In this document: piece by piece, positions 46,721-56,526 of the stretch
Position numbering within the stretch: position 1 is the first letter of the stretch
Layout: the number at the start of each line of letters is the position of its first letter
Assembly (NCBI GenBank): GCA_036574205.1
Contig: JAINCQ010000037.1
Location: 1-64,000, forward strand
Source of the DNA: Elusimicrobiota bacterium
GTDB taxonomy: Bacteria > Elusimicrobiota > Elusimicrobia > Elusimicrobiales > UBA9959
Direction of reading: 5' to 3'
DNA length: 64,000 nt
Made by a program: the position numbers and the translations under genes
Notes under the pieces: generated by a model
The model's input: the letters and a program-made list of their open reading frames with translations, nothing else
What the model was told of the DNA's origin: nothing
Database searches by the model: none

Positions 46721-47169
46721 TTTGGGAAGTTTTTCTTTATAATTTGTTCAAGATATTCAGTATCTGATATGTCTTTTTCAATTTCTTTTTTGATTGCTAA
46801 TGAGCGTTCAAAATTCAGGTTTATATTATAACCCATAGCTCTTGCTATATCAAAAACTGATTTTTTTTCTTTTTCCATTTTTTTAATCAGATCGCTAAGA
46901 GTGATTTTATTATCAACGCAAAATTTAAGAGCAAATATGATTTCAGTTCTATAAAATCCGTTTTTTTTCAAATAGAAGATTTCTTCAATGCTTTTTGTGG
47001 ATTCTGCTATATCATAATTAAAATTTTTTTTAAAAAAATCCATGGTTTTTTCCATAAAAACTCTATCATAGAAAGATTCCGCGAGTGTGATATTAAACGA
47101 AGAAATTTTACTGTCGTATAATGTTTGTGAATAAGCTGGGTTTGAGAAAAATAAAAACAAAAAAAACAT
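46717..47169 (-). CDS. Hypothetical exported protein
   Basis: 150-aa ORF overlapping both neighbours; hydrophobic N-terminus. Confidence 0.6.
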   Translation of the reverse strand: MFFLFLFFSNPAYSQTLYDSKISSFNITLAESFYDRVFMEKTMDFFKKNFNYDIAESTKSIEEIFYLKKNGFYRTEIIFALKFCVDNKITLSDLIKKMEKEKKSVFDIARAMGYNINLNFERSLAIKKEIEKDISDTEYLEQIIKKNFPK

Positions 47170-47402
47170 TAGATGGAAGTTGTTACAAGTGTTTCTGTAG
47201 ATAAAACCCCTGGTATGTTTCTTATTTCATTTACCACAACCTGTGAAAGCTGTTCAAGATCAGATGTCTCCATATCAAGAACAAGATCCCACCTTCCAAA
47301 TACCGCGGACATATGAACAACTTCTTTGATCGCTCTGAGTTTTGGTAAAACCTGTTTTTCCTTTCCTGGAATCATTTTAACTAAAACAAGTCCCGTTACC
47401 AT
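47169..47402 (-). CDS. Stand-alone Lrp/AsnC ligand-binding (RAM) domain protein
   Basis: PGKE..V...L...VFGRWDLV...IRNIPGVLSTETL; no HTH. Confidence 0.85.
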   Translation of the reverse strand: MVTGLVLVKMIPGKEKQVLPKLRAIKEVVHMSAVFGRWDLVLDMETSDLEQLSQVVVNEIRNIPGVLSTETLVTTSI

Positions 47403-47411
47403 AGAATCTCC

Positions 47412-48158
47412 TTATGCAGTTTTTCTGGATTGAAGTTTTTTCATCAGGATTTTTTCTGCTATGAAATAAATTATAAGCCCGGCTATTACCCAGTTTGTTG
47501 CATAAAAGTATTGAGCCGAAGAATATCTTACAAGAAGGTCAAACCTTCCGTAAAGAAGTGAAAATCTTGCCATAACAGTGTTGCCAAATGATGCTCCAAA
47601 GTATATCATGAGAAAATAAACACCAAAGTTGGATATCTTTTTCACACTCCCCTTATGTTCAACAGAAAAGAAAAAATAAAATAAAACAGACAGTGTCCCA
47701 ACTAAAAGTAATATGGAGTTAAACATTGCAATTCCAGTTAAGTTGAAAAATTTAGCAAACGGCTCTATTGTGCCAAGTATCTGGTTTGTGAAATCAGTTG
47801 CTATCCCCGCTGGTAACACAAGTCCGGCTGAATATCCCATAAGAAATGTAAATCCATATCTTGATATCCATGATATCTTCGGGATAAACTGTGTTATTAA
47901 TGAAAGTCCAAGTATTGTTGGTATTATCAACATCCATACTTCAAACCATCTTCCAGCTTTAATATGCTCTACAAGTGGCTGGTAAACATTTGGTATTATT
48001 ATTTTATATATTGTTAGTTGTATATGCCAGGCAAGTCCAACACCAACATAAAGATGTTCCGCTATCTTAAAGAACATATTATCCTTGTATAGGAAGGAGA
48101 ATATAAAAAGAGTAAGTCCTGCTGCAACAAAAGCGCCGTATATAGCTTGTATTTCCAT
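47412..48158 (-). CDS. Uncharacterised multi-pass membrane protein
   Basis: About 7 hydrophobic segments; FSFLYKDN.FFK.AEH, YFFFS and FGASFGNTVMAR. Confidence 0.75.
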   Translation of the reverse strand: MEIQAIYGAFVAAGLTLFIFSFLYKDNMFFKIAEHLYVGVGLAWHIQLTIYKIIIPNVYQPLVEHIKAGRWFEVWMLIIPTILGLSLITQFIPKISWISRYGFTFLMGYSAGLVLPAGIATDFTNQILGTIEPFAKFFNLTGIAMFNSILLLVGTLSVLFYFFFSVEHKGSVKKISNFGVYFLMIYFGASFGNTVMARFSLLYGRFDLLVRYSSAQYFYATNWVIAGLIIYFIAEKILMKKLQSRKTA

Positions 48159-48161
48159 ATT

Positions 48162-48989
48162 TCACTCCTTTGTGAATTTAAGCGTAAGTAAAACTATATT
48201 TGAGAATATAATAAATGTTATAACTAAAAGGTGAGCTATATTTAAAGCATCTATGCCACTTGTTCCTTTCCACGGCTCGGATATAAGTCTTTCATATTCC
48301 GCCGATCCTTTCATCCCGCCAATAAGCCCCTTAATCTGCTTTTTTTGAAGATATGGCCCATAGCCAACCTGGCTTATGGCAGTTACCCCACCTAAAATCG
48401 GAACTCCATATTTATCGCCAACATAGACCACCCAGTAATCAAGTATCGCTGTTCCAGTTATATCTATAATGCAGGATATATCTTTATAGTTTTTAATATT
48501 CTTCATCATCTCAAAATCCCTTAGCGGTTTATTGTTTACATCTTTGTCATAAATAGCATATATATCTGAAGACATCTGGGTTAAAACTGCGGCAATATTA
48601 GGCATATATGGAAGAAGAACATAGTCTTTACCATATTCCTTCCCGAATTTTGGAGGTATTGTTCTGGTTAACTCATCTATTAAACCTCCTGATCCTGCAA
48701 GAAAGGTTAGTATAATAACTTTTATATTTTTTTTGAAAGCATGCTTTAAAATAGCAGCTGCCTGAGGATGTAACTCAGGCGCGGTAGAGGGATCGTAGTC
48801 AAGTGAAAGAATTATCGTTGAATTTTCAGGAATCTTTTCAATAAAATCATATACACTTTGAACCGATGTTGATATTGATTTAGATGTTATTCCAATTGGT
48901 TTTATGATTGGTATTAGAATTGAAAGCGTCAAGAGTAAAAAAAGCCATCTTCTGTCTATCTTCAAAAGCTTATTTAAATTTTCTTTCAT
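48162..48989 (-). CDS. Uncharacterised membrane-anchored alpha/beta protein
   Basis: N- and C-terminal TM segments flanking a soluble domain (DYDP...ELHP, PY...Q..GL.GG.KG.AEYE). Confidence 0.75.
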   Translation of the reverse strand: MKENLNKLLKIDRRWLFLLLTLSILIPIIKPIGITSKSISTSVQSVYDFIEKIPENSTIILSLDYDPSTAPELHPQAAAILKHAFKKNIKVIILTFLAGSGGLIDELTRTIPPKFGKEYGKDYVLLPYMPNIAAVLTQMSSDIYAIYDKDVNNKPLRDFEMMKNIKNYKDISCIIDITGTAILDYWVVYVGDKYGVPILGGVTAISQVGYGPYLQKKQIKGLIGGMKGSAEYERLISEPWKGTSGIDALNIAHLLVITFIIFSNIVLLTLKFTKE

Positions 48990-49002
48990 ACCCTTCTCCT
49001 TT

Positions 49003-49671
49003 TTATTCTTTACCCATATATCCGCGTTCTATTCCAAATATTATTTTTAGTGAGGTAACAGCAGCTCCAATAGCTATTCCTATCATTATTCCTCTTTTGC
49101 CTGCTGTGGCTGGAACGTTCATTATCCAGTCTTTTATCTGGGCTATGGTTATTTTAGTCCATGCAAATAATTTATCCCAAATTATTTCTCCAAGTGGAAT
49201 ATTCCCAAGCATAAGTATCAGCCCTGCTATAAATAATAAAAAGGCAGAAAATGATTTTATTCTAAAAGACCTGTATGCAGTTGATATGATATAAAAAGCA
49301 AGAACCGAAAACATTGTGGCGCTTAAAGGATTGTATATATTATTAAATGCCCAGCCTAATGCGGTAATATCTGTGCCTTTTGATATAACCCCTTTGCTTA
49401 TAAAAGCAGCACCCATCATTATCAAAAACCCAAGGTATACAAAAATACTATATCCCCAGCCATCTGCTTTTCTCTGGATTTTTCTGTAATGAGCATAAAA
49501 TAAACTTATCATTCCAAGGAAAAGAGCAAATGCGGCAACTATATTTTCCCATATATTTATTGTTTCAAGATATTTTTCAGACATTCTGTTTGGGACATAG
49601 TATGACGCAAGGGTCACCATGCCGAAGATAAAAACAATCGTAAGAGGTATGTGTTTTTTTATAAGATTCAT
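49003..49671 (-). CDS. Uncharacterised multi-pass membrane protein
   Basis: About 6 TM segments; PLSATMFSVLAFYI.S.AYR.FR and P..AG.RGI.IG...G.ER. Confidence 0.75.
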   Translation of the reverse strand: MNLIKKHIPLTIVFIFGMVTLASYYVPNRMSEKYLETINIWENIVAAFALFLGMISLFYAHYRKIQRKADGWGYSIFVYLGFLIMMGAAFISKGVISKGTDITALGWAFNNIYNPLSATMFSVLAFYIISTAYRSFRIKSFSAFLLFIAGLILMLGNIPLGEIIWDKLFAWTKITIAQIKDWIMNVPATAGKRGIMIGIAIGAAVTSLKIIFGIERGYMGKE

Positions 49672-49672
49672 A

Positions 49673-50944
49673 TTATCTCACCTTTAATATATCCAGTATT
49701 TTTTCTATTATTATTGTATTATTCCACTTAGACATAATAAGCGCGGCTATTGAAAGAACAGAAGCAGTCAGTATAAACACAAGTTTGCCAAAATCCTGAA
49801 CCTTAAGGGCGCTTACAAGCATAGGTTCTTTTGAAAGATACGCTCCTGCGGCGTATAATTCCTCTCCTATTAATGTATAATCACAGGCTGTAACAAAAAA
49901 TGGGAGCTGATGGTCTACGTCTGTTCCAGCTATTTGTATTGCTCCAGTTGAAGCGCCGACCTCAGCAAGCAACAAAGACTCAGCCATAAAATACCCCATA
50001 TAAAAACATGCAGCTGGTTTCTCGCGGGATATCATCCCGTCTATTGCGGCGGCATACGCAAACTGATCCTGGGTTATAAACATATTTATATCATCTCTGA
50101 AAGAATCTGGCCTTTCCGCTTCTATATATGATTGCTTTACGGTCTCTTTAGCTACAGTAAAAACTATCGGGTCATAATGGGGAACCTTTATTGTGGCGTC
50201 ATATTGCGCTATTTTTTTTGAAACCTCGCCAAGTATAAAAACTGAGGCTATAGTGGATATATTTGACATAGAACCTATTCCCGGGACATATATTACAGAT
50301 TTACCCATCTCAGTAGCTCTTCCAACTGCCTCATCTATTGCGTCAAGCCCTGCTATTCTTCTTATAAACAACTCTCTTTTTTTAGCATGTGAAACAATAA
50401 TAAAAAATACTATTGATATTATTAAAACTATAATAAAGTGATTGATTCTATCCCACCTGAACCAATTTCCTTTTACAACACCTTCGACAGTTTGTGATTC
50501 GTAATTTTTCTTACCGTCTGATATGTGTATTTTAGAATAAATTTTAAATCCATCTTTAAATTCATCAAAAAAATCTTCTTCTTTTAGGGAAAAAACTTTT
50601 AGAATTGGGACAATGACAGAGTAATTGTTTAATTTTTTATCCCAGAGCCAGAAAGGGAGGTCTATATCTTTTGCAGTACTTTCTTTATATTTTATTTCCC
50701 TGAACTTTATCCAGTTTTTGCTATCCGATGAGAGGTAAACGGTATAAATAGAATCTTTTTTTTCATCATCAACTGCCCATATAACTATTGCTGAATCTCC
50801 TCTATCACCTGGATAATCAATAAGACTAAAGTTTTTAATTTCAATATTTTCAAGCCCTGTCAAATCTTTTTTTACTTTAGGCAGAGCATTTAGTAAAGAG
50901 GAAGTCAAAATTAAACATACGAAAATATTTGTTATTTTTTTCAT
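49673..50944 (-). CDS. Uncharacterised exported/membrane protein (DUF6754-like C-terminal domain)
   Basis: Signal peptide, FN3-like start (DYPGDRG), TM, IRRIAGLDAIDEAVGRATEMG...QLPFFVTACDYTLIGEELYAAGAYLS. Confidence 0.75.
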   Translation of the reverse strand: MKKITNIFVCLILTSSLLNALPKVKKDLTGLENIEIKNFSLIDYPGDRGDSAIVIWAVDDEKKDSIYTVYLSSDSKNWIKFREIKYKESTAKDIDLPFWLWDKKLNNYSVIVPILKVFSLKEEDFFDEFKDGFKIYSKIHISDGKKNYESQTVEGVVKGNWFRWDRINHFIIVLIISIVFFIIVSHAKKRELFIRRIAGLDAIDEAVGRATEMGKSVIYVPGIGSMSNISTIASVFILGEVSKKIAQYDATIKVPHYDPIVFTVAKETVKQSYIEAERPDSFRDDINMFITQDQFAYAAAIDGMISREKPAACFYMGYFMAESLLLAEVGASTGAIQIAGTDVDHQLPFFVTACDYTLIGEELYAAGAYLSKEPMLVSALKVQDFGKLVFILTASVLSIAALIMSKWNNTIIIEKILDILKVR

Positions 50945-50991
50945 ACTATATTAAAAATATAACATTTTTCAAATATCAAATCAAGAAATTT

Positions 50992-51840
50992 TTATCTTAT
51001 TTCTATTTTAGCAGAATTTTTTAGCTGATTGATTAATTGATTTTTCCCTGATGTTAAAAGCGTAGCTGTAATTGATTGTTTTATTTTTTCTTTTACTTCT
51101 TCAAATTTAAGAGTTGTTTGCGGTCTTTTTTCTTCGACCTTAAATATTGAATATCCATTTCCTGTTTTAATTGGTTTTGTATATTTTCCGATTTCTGTTT
51201 CAAATATTTCTTTTTCTATTTCAGGAAGAAGCATGCCTTTAGATATAAATCCCAGTTCTCCTTTCGTTTGTTTGAGCCTTTCATCTGCGGATTTTAGTTC
51301 TGCTAATTTCTCAAAGCTTGCTCCTGCATCAAGCGCAATTATTATATCATTTGCCTCTGCTTGAGTGTTTACAAAAATCTGTCTTATCTTAAGTGCTTCT
51401 GGAATCTGAAACTGAGCTGGGTTTGAATCATAGTATTTTTTTGCATCTTCATCTGTTACGTTTATATTTAAAATATTTATTATAGCTCTTTCTATTAAAA
51501 GATTGTTCTCTATCATTGCATAATAATCTTTTTCTGAAATATTAAGTCTTTTAAGTTCTTTCTTAAAATCATTTTCTGAGTTAAAGCGCTTTTTGATCTC
51601 TTTTATTAACTCATTAACTTCCTGCTTTAAGACACTTATCTTTCTTTTTTTTGCTTCCTGTATAATGAGCTTATCTGCCAGAACCTCATCAAGGGTTTTT
51701 GCAAAATAATTCAATGACATCCTGTTTCTTATTTCATTGAATGTTATAGATTCTCCATTTATTGAAGCGACAACATTATCCTGAGAGTTAAGCAAAGCAG
51801 TTATGCTGCTGGTAATGATTATAAATAACATTTTTTTCAT
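50992..51840 (-). CDS. PpiC-type peptidyl-prolyl isomerase (PrsA/SurA-like)
   Basis: Signal peptide, VVASING, RQIFV, FEKLA..S.D, GELG and PIKTGNGY motifs. Confidence 0.88.
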   Translation of the reverse strand: MKKMLFIIITSSITALLNSQDNVVASINGESITFNEIRNRMSLNYFAKTLDEVLADKLIIQEAKKRKISVLKQEVNELIKEIKKRFNSENDFKKELKRLNISEKDYYAMIENNLLIERAIINILNINVTDEDAKKYYDSNPAQFQIPEALKIRQIFVNTQAEANDIIIALDAGASFEKLAELKSADERLKQTKGELGFISKGMLLPEIEKEIFETEIGKYTKPIKTGNGYSIFKVEEKRPQTTLKFEEVKEKIKQSITATLLTSGKNQLINQLKNSAKIEIR

Positions 51841-51842
51841 AA

Positions 51843-52889
51843 TTAGCCTCCTTGCTTTGAAATATAAAGTTTTTGAGTGGGATAGGCAAATTCAATCCCA
51901 TTTTCCTGAAATTGTCTTGCTATTTCGCAAAGCACCTGTTCATTTAAGTTTATATAAAGAGAGTAATCTGCTGAAAGGATATAGTATACAAATTCAAAAT
52001 CAATAGAATAATTATTAAATCTGATTAAATTTGCTCTGTCGAATCTTGTTTTTTCAACTTTTTCAACGGATTTTTTAATTATTTGTGGTATCAATTTTAG
52101 CTTTTCCATTGGAGTTTCATATATTACTCCGATTGTTTGAAGAACTCTTCTTTCTCTCATAAAGGAAAAATTTTGTATTATCTCACCCATTATTTTTGAA
52201 TTAGTTATAAACGCAAGTTCTCCACTTAAGGTCCTTATCCTGATAGATTTAAGTCCTATTTCCTCTATCGTTCCAGAAATATTTTGCTGGGGAAGCGAGA
52301 TAAAATCCCCGACTTTAAATGGCTTATCAAATATTATTACAAAAAAATTGAATATATCTCCTAAAATTGTTTGAGAGGCTAATGCCAGAGCTACTCCGCC
52401 TATTCCAACTCCTGCAAGAAGTGAGCTTATATTGATGCCAGCATTTTGTAAAAGGAAGAGTATTGCTATAATCCAGACAAATATTCTAAAAAATATCCTG
52501 ATTGCATTTAAGGACTTTGCGTACTCATTTCCTGATATCTGTGAAAACCAGAAATTGATGATAGCTTCAAGAGATGAGACTACTCTGTAAGTTATAATGA
52601 TAACAAGGATCCAGTGTAATATTATTTGAATTTTGGGATTTAAATAAAGTGGTTTTAATGCTATATATAAAGCTATAAATTGGTATTCAAACCACTTTAT
52701 TCTATTTATTAGATCTACTGTAAAATCATCAAATTTAGTTTCAGTTTTTTGGGATATCTCCTCTATTTTTTTGAGTATTTTGGATTTAAAGTAATAAAGA
52801 AGTTTTGTGGCTGTTATAAATATAGCTATGGAAATAATATATTTTAAAACGGTATTCCCAAATAAATTAAAGTCTAAAACTGAATTCAT
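51843..52889 (-). CDS. mscS: MscS-family mechanosensitive channel
   Basis: LLAGVGIGGVALALA, KPFKVGDFI and GIEFAYP motifs; start at ATG 52889. Confidence 0.92.
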   Translation of the reverse strand: MNSVLDFNLFGNTVLKYIISIAIFITATKLLYYFKSKILKKIEEISQKTETKFDDFTVDLINRIKWFEYQFIALYIALKPLYLNPKIQIILHWILVIIITYRVVSSLEAIINFWFSQISGNEYAKSLNAIRIFFRIFVWIIAILFLLQNAGINISSLLAGVGIGGVALALASQTILGDIFNFFVIIFDKPFKVGDFISLPQQNISGTIEEIGLKSIRIRTLSGELAFITNSKIMGEIIQNFSFMRERRVLQTIGVIYETPMEKLKLIPQIIKKSVEKVEKTRFDRANLIRFNNYSIDFEFVYYILSADYSLYINLNEQVLCEIARQFQENGIEFAYPTQKLYISKQGG

Positions 52890-53016
52890 AAAAATATTAT
52901 ACAAATTAAAAAAATAATTTTTTAAAATATAAACTATCAAACTAATTTAATATAAATAATATAAAATTTTTGTTAATTATACTTATGTTTTCCCCTTAAA
53001 GTTTTTTAATCAGTTA

Positions 53017-53418
53017 TTATTTATAGTGAAGTTTTAAATTTTTTCTGTTTAAATCAGCTAACTCAAACTCAGAGGTGAAAGCAAGTGCTTTTTTAGGGCA
53101 TATCTCAACACATTGCGCGCAATATATACACCTATCTAAATTCATTATGCAATCAAATTTTCTTGAAACTGGGGATGGTTTGCCGTCAGGTTGAATTTTG
53201 GGTTCTGGTTGATCAGGCGATAAAATTATTTCTATCGCTTTTGATGGACAGACTCTCATACACATTTTACATCCAATACATTTAGCGCTTTCAAAAACTA
53301 CTCTTCCTCTAAAATTTGGATATGTTTTTGCTTTCTCAAAAGGGTATTTGGATGTAGCAGCTTTTTTTGAAAGATGTTTTATAGCCTGGGGAAAAAGTTT
53401 TAAAGGTTTTTTAGCCAT
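53017..53418 (-). CDS. 2x[4Fe-4S] ferredoxin-like subunit (NuoI/HycF-like)
   Basis: CIGCKMCMRVCP and CIYCAQCVEICP. Confidence 0.92.
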   Translation of the reverse strand: MAKKPLKLFPQAIKHLSKKAATSKYPFEKAKTYPNFRGRVVFESAKCIGCKMCMRVCPSKAIEIILSPDQPEPKIQPDGKPSPVSRKFDCIMNLDRCIYCAQCVEICPKKALAFTSEFELADLNRKNLKLHYK

Positions 53419-53430
53419 ATTTCTTACCTC

Positions 53431-54369
53431 TTAAATTTTAATTTTAATAAATAAATCTATGAGTATTTGTATCATTGAAACTGGAACAAGCCATTTCCAT
53501 GAAAACTTTACTACCTGATCCACTCTTACCCTTGCCATAAGAACTCTAAATAATATTAGGATAAAGCATATAAAAAAAGTTTTTATCAAAAATACTATAA
53601 AAGCAGTTATCCCACTTAATTTAAAAACTCCACCCAAAAAAACAGCGTTTATTAAAGCGGCAACTACAACCATTTCTATATCTATTGAGAGTAAAAATAA
53701 TGCAAGCAATCTTCCAGAATACTCAGTGAATTGTCCGCCCACTACCTCATTTTTAGCATGAGGAGCGTCAAATGGAACTCTTTCTAACTTTCCTTCAGAT
53801 GCAAGCAATGCTGCAAGAAACCCCGGGATATTTATTAATATGTAGAGAGGATTATTTGCAAAGAAATTTGCTATCTCCTTAACTGACCAGCTCCCACTTA
53901 ATATTGCACATCCAGCAACAGATAAAAAAAGTGGAACCTCATACCCGAATAATTGCGTCATTACCCTCATAGAACCTATCGTTGAATATGGACTTGTTGA
54001 TGACCAGCCTGCAAGGAAAAAAGTTACAGTTGGTATTGTTAGCAAATAGATTATAACTATCAGATCCCCTTCAAAGGATATAAGCGGATCTCCCCATATC
54101 GGCAACATAAATATGGTAGTTATTATACTTGCTATTGCAACATATGGCAAAGCTTTAAATAAAATTATATCTGCATTATCAGGAACTATAACTTCTTTAG
54201 ATATAAGTTTTATAAAATCTGCAACTGGTTGATATATCGGAGGACCAACCCTGTTTTGCATTATGGCTGCTAATTTTCTATCAACCCATTGAATACACAT
54301 GCCGTATGTCCCTAAAAAAATAAATCCAGGGAATACGATTATATATATTAAAGGCATTATAAGATCCAT
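53431..54369 (-). CDS. NuoH/HycD-like membrane subunit
   Basis: DRKL.A.MQNRVGPP, QP.AD..KL..KE and R.PFD motifs. Confidence 0.92.
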   Translation of the reverse strand: MDLIMPLIYIIVFPGFIFLGTYGMCIQWVDRKLAAIMQNRVGPPIYQPVADFIKLISKEVIVPDNADIILFKALPYVAIASIITTIFMLPIWGDPLISFEGDLIVIIYLLTIPTVTFFLAGWSSTSPYSTIGSMRVMTQLFGYEVPLFLSVAGCAILSGSWSVKEIANFFANNPLYILINIPGFLAALLASEGKLERVPFDAPHAKNEVVGGQFTEYSGRLLALFLLSIDIEMVVVAALINAVFLGGVFKLSGITAFIVFLIKTFFICFILILFRVLMARVRVDQVVKFSWKWLVPVSMIQILIDLFIKIKI

Positions 54370-54378
54370 ATCTTCTCC

Positions 54379-55566
54379 TTATTTAAAGCTAATTCCTTTT
54401 CTCTTATAAAATTCTATAGAGTATTTTCTTAATTCTTCCCAGTCAAATACCTTCTTTTTCCCGGTTTTTTGATCATATACAATAGCTCTATCAGTGCAGC
54501 TCATACATGGATCAATGGCTGCTATGGTAATTATTGCATCTGCTAAATATCCATTTTTAAGACAATATGGAAGAGATTGAAAGTTTGCAAGCGTTGGGGC
54601 TCGAACTTTTACTCTTTCTGGATATTCTGTGCCATTTGCATTTACATAATGTATATCTTCACCTCTTGGAGCTTCATATCTAAACACTGCCTCTCCAGGT
54701 CCTATTTTCCATGGAAGTTTAACTAAGATTGGTCCTTCTGGAAGGTTTTTCAATATCTGTTCTATCATCTTATATGATTCTATAGTTTCAAGAACTCTTA
54801 CTACAGCTCTTCCAAAAACATCGCAAGAATTATAAGTTATAACCTTCCAGTCAAGTTGATCATATATAAAATATGGCTCATCCCTTCTTACATCTATATC
54901 AACACCGCTTGCTCTTGCTGTAGGTCCAACAGCGTTTAGTTCAAGAGCTACTTCTTTTGGAAGTTTTCCAACATTCTGAGTTCTTGCAAGAAATGTAGGC
55001 TCTTCTGTAACGACCTCAACATAATAAGAAGTTCTTTCTTTAAGATATTTGACTTTTTTCAATATTTCATCAGCCTGTTCTTTTGTGATATCCCTTCTGA
55101 CACCTCCGATTGTATTTATCCCGTAATGAACCCTGTTACCAGTTAAAAGCTCAAGACAATCAAGGATCTGTTCTCTATCCCTCCACGTATACATAAACAA
55201 GGTGTCATATCCAAGCTCAAATGCAGCTACCCCAAGCCATAAAAGATGTGAGTGAATCCTTTCAAGTTCCGCTACAAGGGTTCTTATAGCTTTTGCTCTT
55301 TGAGGTATTTCAGCTTTTGCTATCTCTTCAACTGCGTTTATATAACAACTTACATGAGAATGTGAACATATACCGCAAATTCTTTCAACTAAATAGATAT
55401 CCTGAATAAAGTTTCTGTTTTCTGCTGCCTTTTCAACTCCCCTATGATTGTATCCAAGATTTACTGTCGCGTCAACAATCTGTTCTCCATTTAAAACCAA
55501 CATAAAATTCTCTGGTTCTTTTAATGCTGGATGCTGAGGTCCAAGTGGTATTTGCATCTTTGACAT
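54379..55566 (-). CDS. Group 4 [NiFe]-hydrogenase large subunit
   Basis: GPQHP, HRGVEK, ERICGIC (L1), EAPRG and DPCMSCTDR (L2) motifs. Confidence 0.93.
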   Translation of the reverse strand: MSKMQIPLGPQHPALKEPENFMLVLNGEQIVDATVNLGYNHRGVEKAAENRNFIQDIYLVERICGICSHSHVSCYINAVEEIAKAEIPQRAKAIRTLVAELERIHSHLLWLGVAAFELGYDTLFMYTWRDREQILDCLELLTGNRVHYGINTIGGVRRDITKEQADEILKKVKYLKERTSYYVEVVTEEPTFLARTQNVGKLPKEVALELNAVGPTARASGVDIDVRRDEPYFIYDQLDWKVITYNSCDVFGRAVVRVLETIESYKMIEQILKNLPEGPILVKLPWKIGPGEAVFRYEAPRGEDIHYVNANGTEYPERVKVRAPTLANFQSLPYCLKNGYLADAIITIAAIDPCMSCTDRAIVYDQKTGKKKVFDWEELRKYSIEFYKRKGISFK

Positions 55567-56057
55567 TATTCCTCCTTATCTGATTTTTCATTTAACATTT
55601 TGTTAAGTTCATCAAGCTTTACTTCTTTTCTAAGTGGATGAACCCCTTTTGGAAATCCATCCGGAAGGGGATAGTTTCTACCCTGGGGCAAGCCATCTAT
55701 CTTTATTCCAAATAAGTCTTCCAGTTCCCTTTCATAAGATGTTGCAACAGGATATACCCCTAAAACAGATTTTAAATGTGGATTTGATTTAGAAGTTCTC
55801 AACCTTATGTTTATAATAGTTTTGTGGTCTGTTATATGATAAATTGCTCCTAATTTTTCCCCCTCATCAAAACCCGTTATAGTTGATAGATGATAATATC
55901 CTCTATTTTTTAGATATTTCATTAACTCAATAGCTTCTTCTCCTTTAACCTCTAACCATATTCTGTTTTTTCTTGAGATAATGGCATTTTCTATTTTATC
56001 AGAAAATTTCTCTTTTAAGTCCTTTAAAATTTCTTCTTCTTTTATCATCTCAGTCAT
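55566..56057 (-). CDS. NuoC-like hydrogenase subunit
   Basis: HLSTITG.D, YERELEDLFGI and HPLRK motifs. Confidence 0.9.
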   Translation of the reverse strand: MTEMIKEEEILKDLKEKFSDKIENAIISRKNRIWLEVKGEEAIELMKYLKNRGYYHLSTITGFDEGEKLGAIYHITDHKTIINIRLRTSKSNPHLKSVLGVYPVATSYERELEDLFGIKIDGLPQGRNYPLPDGFPKGVHPLRKEVKLDELNKMLNEKSDKEE

Positions 56058-56072
56058 AATTCACCTCGTTAA

Positions 56073-56516
56073 TTATTTTTTTGAAGATTTTTCAAGTTCA
56101 GTAATAAGTTTTACAACTGCATCTATTATTGCTTCTGGCCTTGCCGGACATCCTGGTATATAAGCTGAAACAGGTATAACTTTGTCTATCCCTCCAACTA
56201 CGTTATAACATCCGTCAAAAACTCCTCCGGAACATGCGCATGTCCCAACGGCAAGGACAAACTTTGGATTTGGAATTTGATCATATATCCTTCTAAATCT
56301 TTTTGCCTGCTGTCTTGTAAGAGGTCCGCTTACAACCATGACATCTGCATGCCTTGGAGTTCCTTTCAACACTATTCCAAATCTCTCAAGATCATATCTG
56401 GGTGTTAATGCATCAACTATTTCTATATCACATCCGTTACATGCCCCTGTGTTGAAATGTATTATCCAGGGGGATTTGAGTCTTGACCATAGTACTATTT
56501 TGTCTTTTAATTTCAT
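56073..56516 (-). CDS. Group 4 hydrogenase small subunit (NuoB-like)
   Basis: GACNGCDIE, PRHAD, GTCA and PGCP.RPE motifs. Confidence 0.93.
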   Translation of the reverse strand: MKLKDKIVLWSRLKSPWIIHFNTGACNGCDIEIVDALTPRYDLERFGIVLKGTPRHADVMVVSGPLTRQQAKRFRRIYDQIPNPKFVLAVGTCACSGGVFDGCYNVVGGIDKVIPVSAYIPGCPARPEAIIDAVVKLITELEKSSKK

Positions 56517-56526
56517 AAAGCCGTCC

